NCBI GenBank assembly: GCA_965648905.1
Contig: CBFGIT010000044.1
Span: forward strand, 1 to 19,089
Direction of reading: 5' to 3'
Length of the DNA stretch: 19,089 nucleotides
DNA from: a candidate division WOR-3 bacterium
GTDB taxonomy: Bacteria > Hydrothermota > Tepidihabitantia > Tepidihabitantales > Tepidihabitantaceae
In this document: in pieces, positions 1-8,360 of the stretch
Numbering within the stretch: position 1 is the first letter of the stretch
How the letters are laid out: each line of letters starts with the position of its first letter
Position numbers and translations under genes: made by a program
The notes under the pieces: generated by a model
The model's input: the letters and a program-made list of their open reading frames with translations, nothing else
Told to the model about the DNA's origin: nothing
Database searches by the model: none

Positions 1-144
1 CTGAGGATGGTGCAACGGTGTGCCCTTGGGGCCAGCATTGTCCGGCCCCCTGGGCCGGCAAAGCAGAACCGACCGGGCTTGGCCGGTGCAGGCAAATGCT
101 ATTGTGCTAAGTGGGTAGCGGCGGTGGGTGCGGCAAGGCCCCAT
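1..144 (-). CDS. Possible ORF running off the left edge (MGPCRTHRRYPLSTIAFAC...), product unknown
   Basis: ATG at 144 with AGGAG at 153-157 and a near-consensus promoter upstream; the frame is open to base 1. The translation resembles no family I recognise. Confidence 0.3.
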   Translation of the reverse strand, partial: MGPCRTHRRYPLSTIAFACTGQARSVLLCRPRGPDNAGPKGTPLHHPQ

Positions 145-173
145 GTGTGATTCTCCTAACCATATGCGTGATA

Positions 174-202
174 ATTATACCACAGCAGCGCTCTTTCGTC
201 AA
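174..202 (-). promoter_or_regulatory. Sigma70-type promoter, leftward
   Basis: TTGACG (202-197), 17-bp spacer, extended -10 TGG-TATAAT (182-174). Confidence 0.75.
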
Positions 203-212
203 AACGCCGGCC

Positions 213-240
213 TTGACTATGTCGTCGGTGGCGGTAGTCT
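213..240 (+). promoter_or_regulatory. Sigma70-type promoter, rightward, back-to-back with the 174-202 promoter
   Basis: TTGACT (213-218), 16-bp spacer, TAGTCT (235-240). Same architecture as the other promoters in the window. Confidence 0.55.
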
Positions 241-245
241 TCTGT

Positions 246-350
246 CTGAACCAAGGACTTGGTTGACCAGACCGACAGCGAGTATTCTGACCGTTGCTGC
301 CTGTTCCCCGGTGTTCCGGCCGAGTGCCGGAGCCGGGGTCTGTCTTTCTT
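246..350 (+). ncRNA. Candidate small structured RNA or attenuated leader
   Basis: Follows the 213-240 promoter. Stems AACCAA/TTGGTT (249-264), CAGCGA/TTGCTG (276-299) and CCCCGG..TCCGGC/GCCGGA..CCGGGG (306-338), then a U-rich tail TCTGTCTTTCTT. Confidence 0.3.
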
Positions 351-357
351 GAGGCGG

Positions 358-428
358 AAAAGGGGTGCGGGGGTCTTCGCCGCGTAGCACTACGCGGTTG
401 CATATGGTTGGAAGAATCTCCGCACCCC
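358..428 (-). terminator. Long stem-loop with a U4 tail on the minus strand, possible terminator or sRNA 3' end
   Basis: GGGGTGCGG (362-370) pairs with CCGCACCCC (420-428); inner palindrome CCGCGTAG-CA-CTACGCGG (380-397); AAAA at 358-361 reads UUUU on the minus strand. Confidence 0.3.
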
Positions 429-585
429 AATGAACGTCGGCCCGGCCCGGGCTGGCGGTCAATCCTTCGACTGGAATATCAGGTCGGCCTGTTGTCGGCC
501 AGTGGATGCGGCACGGTCGTCGGCCCTCCCCAGCCGACTGCCGGTATCTATTCTCCGCGAACCAGCGCCGAAGTCAACCGCTGAC

Positions 586-602
586 CGCTATTTGCCCTTC
601 GC
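586..602 (+). repeat. 17-bp direct repeat, copy 1 (CGCTATTTGCCCTTCGC)
   Basis: Exact second copy at 2247-2263. Confidence 0.85.
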
Positions 603-651
603 GTCTGAGAGTCCATGCCGGGACCACGAAGGCAAACACGGAATCACGGTG

Positions 652-679
652 TTGACTCGCGCCCGTCTGCGGGTAGATT
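652..679 (+). promoter_or_regulatory. Promoter of the MTase-fragment/nuclease operon (leaderless type)
   Basis: TTGACT (652-657), 16 bp, TAGATT (674-679), then an in-frame GTG at 685 only 5 nt later. Confidence 0.65.
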
Positions 680-684
680 TGACC

Positions 685-1008
685 GTGGCCAAGACCCGTC
701 AACCCAGGCGTCGTGCGTCCCGACGGCCTGAGCCGACCTTCCCGGTCTCAGAGACAAACCCGTTCGGCATCGACACCGCGCCCGAGGTGATTGAGCGCGA
801 CTCGGTCGTCGCGTCCGACCAGCCCTTGACCACGCAGTTCACGCCCGTCTGGCAGGCCCCTGAGCACGGCGTCTGGCTCTACCAGGGCAACTGCCTGAGC
901 ATCATGGACCGCATCGCCGAGAGGTATCCGGACGGCATCTTCGACATGATTTTCGCCGACCCGCCCTACTTCCTGAGCAACGGCGGCATCACCGGTTTGG
1001 TCCAATGA
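685..1008 (+). pseudogene. Truncated beta-class N6-adenine DNA methyltransferase (DpnA/M2.DpnII-like), N-terminal fragment only
   Basis: LYQGNCL...FDMIFADPPYFLSNGGIT is the DpnA-family motif IV context. The frame stops 4 residues later, and I see no FxGxG SAM-binding motif in any downstream frame. Start placed at GTG 685 rather than ATG 430. Confidence 0.85.
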
Positions 1009-1913
1009 GAGTCACCCTCACCGACAACATCTCCGGGCCACTGACTGATGTGCTGTTACCGGCCATCTCCTCTGCGAGTCGCGTCAGGCTGGCCGTCGCT
1101 TTCGCGAAGATGTCAGGCTACGGGCTGCTCGAACCCGCATTGAGAGCCTGCATTGACCAGGGCGGTCGTGTCGAGTTCCTGTTCGGACTCGATTTCCGAA
1201 CCACCGAACCGACGGTTCTTAAAACCATACTCGACTGGCGCGAAGAGTGCGAACGCGTGGCTCTGTACTGCTTCAGCGACCCGATGACGGAGCGAGCACG
1301 CTCCTATCATCCGAAGCTGTACATCATGCAACGTCCGCCGGCGACGACGACGGTGATCGGCTCCTCCAATCTGACCGCGGGCGGTCTGTCCGACAACGCG
1401 GAAGCCAACATAGTCATCAAGGCCTGCGAAGATGAGCAGGTTGTCTCGGAAATACTCGACACCTACCATCACCTGAAGCTCCAGCCGACCAGGTTCGCCC
1501 CAGACTCGGAGTACGTCGCCTCGTATGCGGAAGCCTATCGGAGAATGCGCCAGGCGGAACGGAGCGCCCAACGCAGGGCCGATGTACGAAGGAGCGTGTC
1601 GGCGACTCGCAGGCGCGAGAAGCACTTACCCAAACCTGCAGTTGCAGCCGGCGACTTCGTGGGTTGGCAGCGCCTTGTGTTGGAGAAGTTGCCCGAGCGT
1701 GAATTCAGCACCGGTGACATCTATCGGTATGCTGACGAGTTCCGACGCCACTATCCCCAGAACCAAAATGTGGAACCCAAGATTCGACAGGTCCTGCAGC
1801 AGCTCAGAGACTTGCATGTAGTAGCTCACGTCGGACCGGGTAGATGGCGTTTTACGGGCCGAGCCGTTGCCGTTGAAGGTGAGGGTTCGGCTTGCCAGAA
1901 GGAGAACGCATGA
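1005..1913 (+). CDS. Phospholipase D-family (HKD) nuclease fused to a C-terminal DpnI-type winged-helix domain; putative m6A(GATC)-dependent type IV restriction endonuclease
   Basis: PLD motifs AVAFAKMSG, GLDFRTTEP, YHPKLY...IGSSNLT..GL..N.EAN. The C-terminus FSTGDIYRY..F...YPQNQNVEPKIRQVLQQLRD..V...VGPGRWR matches the DpnI/Dam-replacing-protein winged helix. ATGA overlap with the MTase fragment. Confidence 0.85.
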   Translation: MRVTLTDNISGPLTDVLLPAISSASRVRLAVAFAKMSGYGLLEPALRACIDQGGRVEFLFGLDFRTTEPTVLKTILDWREECERVALYCFSDPMTERARSYHPKLYIMQRPPATTTVIGSSNLTAGGLSDNAEANIVIKACEDEQVVSEILDTYHHLKLQPTRFAPDSEYVASYAEAYRRMRQAERSAQRRADVRRSVSATRRREKHLPKPAVAAGDFVGWQRLVLEKLPEREFSTGDIYRYADEFRRHYPQNQNVEPKIRQVLQQLRDLHVVAHVGPGRWRFTGRAVAVEGEGSACQKENA

Positions 1914-2157
1914 TCCAGACGGTTGTCGAGCCGATGGTCACAATCAATCTCTGCCAATCGAGGAGTGGCGCAAGGCGCGCGGAGCTGCTCGCAGGTTGCG
2001 CGCAAGTGTCTGTTCGTGGAACACCGCAGGCCGCGCCAACTGGCTCGAGCGAGGATTATCGAGGACGGACTGCCTGGGGTTAGTCATGCTGCCACTCGGA
2101 CTGCCTGACAGCATCCCCATGCGTGACGACCCCGCCGGGCAGTGGAGTTCGCCGTGA
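1910..2157 (+). pseudogene. Small, probably frameshifted gene remnant (possibly ribbon-helix-helix-like)
   Basis: AAGGAG at 1899-1904 and ATGA overlap with the nuclease stop. As read it gives 57 aa ending at 2083. Removing one CT of AATCTCTG (about 1946-1953) gives MIQTVVEPMVTINLPIEEWRKARGAARRLRASV..., ending at 2157. Confidence 0.25.
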
Positions 2158-2246
2158 ACTCGCGTCGCCGGCGCAGTCCTGCTGCCACGTGGCGGAATCG
2201 TTAGCACCACTCACATAGGCGCAGGTGAGGTGCCAACCGCCAGGAA

Positions 2247-2263
2247 CGCTATTTGCCCTTCGC
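2247..2263 (+). repeat. 17-bp direct repeat, copy 2
   Basis: Identical to 586-602. Confidence 0.85.
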
Positions 2264-2402
2264 CCCTCGCCATTCTGCACTTTGACATCTGCAATCTGCA
2301 CTCTGCCATTCGCCTTTCGCCATTTTGACCTTTGATATCTGCCCTTTGACCTGATGACCGCTTTCTGACATTCTGCATTCTATATTCTGCACTCTGTATT
2401 AT
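2249..2402. repeat. Degenerate heptanucleotide tandem array (GCAHTCT / GCCATTC / TGACCTT-type units)
   Basis: ...CCATTCT GCACTTT GACATCT GCAATCT GCACTCT GCCATTC GCCTTTC GCCATTT TGACCTT TGATATC TGCCCTT... GCATTCT ATATTCT GCACTCT; pyrimidine-rich on the + strand. Confidence 0.85.
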
Positions 2403-2459
2403 TCTCCCTATCCTTCCTGCTCTTGACAATTCAGCTCCGGATTCAGCGTCCGGCAGGTA

Positions 2460-2488
2460 TTGACCAGGGCCAGAACTCGACCTAGAGT
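2460..2488 (+). promoter_or_regulatory. Promoter of the YidD-TPR operon (leaderless or very short leader)
   Basis: TTGACC (2460-2465), 17 bp, TAGAGT (2483-2488), ATG at 2497 with no Shine-Dalgarno sequence. Confidence 0.6.
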
Positions 2489-2496
2489 TACCCTCA

Positions 2497-3708
2497 ATGC
2501 GCCGGCTGTTTCTGCTTCTGCTTCTGGCCCGGGTGGGTCTGGCCGGGTATGACGGCGCGTCGGTGGGCGGGTCGTGGCTGATTGACGTCTACAAGAGAGT
2601 CTTCTCCCCTCTTCAGGGCCCGAATATGTGCAACTTCTGGCCGACCTGTTCGCAGTTCACCAGGTCGGCCATCCAGACCCAGGGCATCCTGCCCGGCATG
2701 GTCATCGGCGCCGACCGGCTGATGCGCTGCAATCCCTTTGCCTGGACCTACCACGACCACATCTACACCGGCATCAGTCACGACCGGCTGACCGACCCGG
2801 TGGCCAATCACATTGCCTGGCACGAGCCTGCACCGGCGCTCGAGCCGCCGCGACCGGCCGGCGCCCGTGTTGTCTCCGACTCCGGCCCGGCGACGATGCC
2901 GAACCCGAGCCTTGCTTTTGCCGAGCGTCTGTACTGGTGCGGCAACTACACCGAAGCAGCCGCCGAGTTCCTGCGCGTGCGGTTCGGCGCGGCTTCACCG
3001 GAGCTTGCCGACTACGCCGGACTGATGGCAGGCGAGGCGTATCTCGCAGCCGGGAATCCAGGGTCTGCGCTCAAGGCGTTTACCGCCCTGCCCGGGCCCG
3101 GTGTTCAGGATTTTGCCCGCTACGGCAAGGCAAGAGCGCTACTCGCTCAAGGGTCACTACCCGAGGCACGCCGGTGTCTCGATTCGATAGCACGTCCCGG
3201 TCTGGAGCGGGTCACGCAGTATCTGGCCGGCTGGACCTGGTATCAGGAGTTTCAGTTTGCCCGCGGGGCCGACTGCTTTGCGCGATGGCGCGACGACTCG
3301 GTCGCTGCCCGATTGGCCGGTCTTGACGGAACCGGCCTGTCTGCGCGCAGCCGCACCCTGAGCACCCTGCTCTCGACGGTTGTCCCGGGCCTGGGACAGG
3401 TCTACTCGGGCCGGGCCGGCGACGGCATCTACTCGTTCCTGACCGTAGCGAGCACCGGACTTGCCACCTACTGGTTTGCGTCCAATGCCGAAACGCGCGA
3501 CCGGACCCACATCAAGACCTCAATCTTCGGTTCGTTGACGGCGCTGTTCTATGCCGGCTGCGTCTACGGGGCAGACATCGCGGCCCGTGACTACAACCTG
3601 CTGCAGAAGCGACGCTATCTTGCCCGGGCTCAAGAGCTGATTGACCACCTGGCGCTTGAGCCGGACTACCGTCCGCTCCGCGATTCGCTCGCTCCGGTCC
3701 GCGAATGA
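2497..3708 (+). CDS. yidD: YidD-like (membrane protein insertion efficiency factor/haemolytic domain) fused to TPR repeats and a C-terminal TM2/DUF5683-like membrane domain
   Basis: YKRVFSPLQG..CNFWPTCSQF...I...G...G....ADRLMRCNPF is the YidD signature. N-terminal signal-like MRRLFLLLLLARVGLA, TPR-like helices, then LSTVVPGLGQVYSGR followed by hydrophobic helices. Confidence 0.8.
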   Translation: MRRLFLLLLLARVGLAGYDGASVGGSWLIDVYKRVFSPLQGPNMCNFWPTCSQFTRSAIQTQGILPGMVIGADRLMRCNPFAWTYHDHIYTGISHDRLTDPVANHIAWHEPAPALEPPRPAGARVVSDSGPATMPNPSLAFAERLYWCGNYTEAAAEFLRVRFGAASPELADYAGLMAGEAYLAAGNPGSALKAFTALPGPGVQDFARYGKARALLAQGSLPEARRCLDSIARPGLERVTQYLAGWTWYQEFQFARGADCFARWRDDSVAARLAGLDGTGLSARSRTLSTLLSTVVPGLGQVYSGRAGDGIYSFLTVASTGLATYWFASNAETRDRTHIKTSIFGSLTALFYAGCVYGADIAARDYNLLQKRRYLARAQELIDHLALEPDYRPLRDSLAPVRE

Positions 3709-4553
3709 TTCTGGTTTGCCTGCTGCTCGCAGTCGGCCCGTTCGCGACTGCCGACTCCCTGCTTAGGCTCGGCTTCTATCCTGAAGCGGTCGCCGAGTAC
3801 CGACGAACCGAGTGCGCCGAGTCAGGCGGTCTTGCGCCGGACCAGTTGCTCAGGAGCGGTCTGAGTCTGGGCGCGGCCGGTAATCTTTCAACTGCGGCTT
3901 CTGCCCTGCGCGATGCTGCCGGCCGCGATTCCGGGCTGGCCTGGGACGCGCGGATGGCGCTGGCCGGGTTGTACGTTCGGCAGGGCCAGTTCAGCCGGGC
4001 CCGGTTTGAGCTTTCCGACCTGCTGCTCGGCTCGACCGACTCGTCCCGGAATCAACGACTGCTGCTCCTGTGCGGCTGGCTCGACCTGAAAGACCGCGAC
4101 CTGATTTCCGCCGAGGCCTGCTTCCGACAGGCGGGCCGAGACGACCTGGCTCAGGCAGTTCGGCTGAAAGGAGCCGGCCGCAGCCCGACCGCCGCGGCCG
4201 TGATGTCGACGATTGTTCCTGGACTGGGCGAGGTCTATGCCGGCCGGTTTGTGCCCGGGCTGCTTGGTCTGGCGGTAACCGGGGCCTCAGCCTGGGCCGC
4301 GTACTCCTCGGCCCGGTCCGGCGACTGGGTTCTTGCGTCCGTGGTCGTGTCCACGTTCTTTCTCAGATTCTACAACGGCTCGCGTCAGAACGCGGTGCTG
4401 TTTGCCAGCGAGTACAATCAGGCAAGAGCCGCGGCACGGGCAGACCGAATACTGACCCGGAGCCTGAGTGAACCTGACTGGTTCGAAGGCGTCCGGCCCG
4501 TGGTCGGCCCGGATTTTCCGGCCGGTCCGGATTCGCCTCCGGGCCGGCCTTAG
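3705..4553 (+). CDS. TPR-repeat membrane protein with a TM2/DUF5683-like C-terminal domain; paralogue of the C-terminal part of the upstream gene
   Basis: ATGA overlap, signal-like N-terminus and TPR-like helices. MSTIVPGLGEVYAGR and A..YN parallel LSTVVPGLGQVYSGR and AARDYN upstream. Confidence 0.75.
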   Translation: MILVCLLLAVGPFATADSLLRLGFYPEAVAEYRRTECAESGGLAPDQLLRSGLSLGAAGNLSTAASALRDAAGRDSGLAWDARMALAGLYVRQGQFSRARFELSDLLLGSTDSSRNQRLLLLCGWLDLKDRDLISAEACFRQAGRDDLAQAVRLKGAGRSPTAAAVMSTIVPGLGEVYAGRFVPGLLGLAVTGASAWAAYSSARSGDWVLASVVVSTFFLRFYNGSRQNAVLFASEYNQARAAARADRILTRSLSEPDWFEGVRPVVGPDFPAGPDSPPGRP

Positions 4554-5102
4554 CTAGTCTCCGAACAGGACTTTCGACAGCTCGGTGACCGACCGGTCTC
4601 GGAGTGCGGCAATGGCGTCGTCGAGTGCAAAGTCCAGCTCTTCCCGGCCGTGGCGAATCACCGCTCCGCCCTTGATGTCTGCCGGCTCGCCGAGCCTGAC
4701 GCCGGGCGGCAGACTCTTGCCGAGCCGGCTCGTGTCGGCCGCAGAGAGACGGACCTCGTCGCCCTCACCGGCGTGGCGCCGGATGATGCCCTTGACCAGT
4801 TCCGGATACCAGGCCGCGTTGACAATCTGCTGGCAGGCGGCCTCCTGAACCCGGTCAAGCACGGCCCACTTCGCAGCCAGAATCCGGGCCCGATGCCGGA
4901 GCCGGGCCGTGCTCCGGGCACGCTCCAGAATCATCCCGGTTTCCCGCTTCAGCCTCTCCCCTGCTTCGGCTTCAAGCCGTTCAAGCTCGGCCCGGGTGCG
5001 CGACTCGACTTCGGCCCGGCGCTGCTCGTACTCGGCCCGAACCGCTGCGGCCCGGGCCTGCGCGTCGGAGAGGATTTTCGCAACCAGTTCTTCCCGGCCC
5101 AT
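4554..5102 (-). CDS. ntpE: V/A-type ATP synthase subunit E
   Basis: MG.EEL..KIL.DA N-terminus, coiled coil, C-terminal IKGGAVI...ELDFALD...LSKVLF; follows subunit K. Confidence 0.9.
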   Translation of the reverse strand: MGREELVAKILSDAQARAAAVRAEYEQRRAEVESRTRAELERLEAEAGERLKRETGMILERARSTARLRHRARILAAKWAVLDRVQEAACQQIVNAAWYPELVKGIIRRHAGEGDEVRLSAADTSRLGKSLPPGVRLGEPADIKGGAVIRHGREELDFALDDAIAALRDRSVTELSKVLFGD

Positions 5103-5105
5103 CGG

Positions 5106-7796
<2,691 letters not shown>

Positions 7797-7806
<10 letters not shown>

Positions 7807-8126
7807 TCTCGGCGCAGAGTCTCGACCAGCATCTCGGCCGCGGCCTGAAGTCTGCCGCTTGCGCTTTCGACCACGGCTTGAGCCGCGGTCTCGGCCTCCC
7901 GGGCCGACGTGCTCACCAGCTCATCGGCCTCGGCTCTGGCCCGTTCCAGCGCTTTCCCGCGCTCGGCCAGGAGCCGTTCCCGGGTCTGGGCCACCTGTCG
8001 GTCTGCTTCAGCCTCGGCCTGCAGGAGCTCGCGGCGGGCCTGCTCCTCTGCCTGCTTCACGATTTGGGCGGCCTCGGCCTCTGCCGCTTTGATACTCTCG
8101 ACGAGGTCAGGTGATTCTGTTGTCAT
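7797..8126 (-). CDS. V/A-type ATP synthase subunit G/H (peripheral stalk)
   Basis: Ala/Glu-rich coiled coil of about 110 aa, IK.AE.EA..IV..A; first gene of the operon, overlapping subunit I. Start placed at ATG 8126. Confidence 0.8.
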
Positions 8127-8138
8127 GGCTGCGGGCAA

Positions 8139-8166
8139 ATGCTATTCCAAAACGCCGCCAAGTCAA
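8139..8166 (-). promoter_or_regulatory. Promoter of the V/A-ATPase operon
   Basis: TTGACT (8166-8161), 16 bp, TAGCAT (8144-8139); ATG 12 nt downstream. Confidence 0.6.
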
Positions 8167-8305
8167 GGCACGCAGTACCACCCGGTACAGTTGGATAAGG
8201 GATGCGGTTTCTTCCTGACCGGCCTGATAATTGCGCTGACAACCTGAGACTTCGCTTGGATGACGGCCCGCGGATTTCCACCCTGCGGGCCGTTTCTGTT
8301 GCTGC

Positions 8306-8355
8306 TTGCATTAGTGCGGCCGGACTGTAGATTATCATACGCAGTATATCGGAGG
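8306..8355 (+). promoter_or_regulatory. Promoter and SD of the FG-GAP/TBDR operon
   Basis: TTGCAT (8306-8311), 16 bp, TAGATT (8328-8333); GGAGG at 8351-8355 before ATG 8361. Confidence 0.5.
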
Positions 8356-8360
8356 TGCTG

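Noticed and set aside
149..418. Retron msr-msd or MITE/IS interpretation of the inverted repeat
   Set aside because: No reverse transcriptase or transposase in the window and no clear target-site duplication; the left copy coincides with a UTR/SD.
430..684. N-terminal extension of the MTase ORF from ATG 430
   Set aside because: No SD, the translation is not protein-like, and a good promoter sits inside it right before the in-frame GTG 685.
2138..2185. Resemblance to a fluoride (crcB) riboswitch (GGCAGTGGAGTTCGCC)
   Set aside because: The conserved GAUG and the downstream CUxAUGA pseudoknot partner are not intact, and no fluoride-related gene follows.
2249..2402. CRISPR array
   Set aside because: Units are 7 nt and contiguous, with no repeat-spacer structure and no cas genes.
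2080..2429. Minus-strand ORFs 2080-2301 and 2211-2429 (MQN/AECR-type peptides)
   Set aside because: These are translations of the heptamer array, with no SD or domain.
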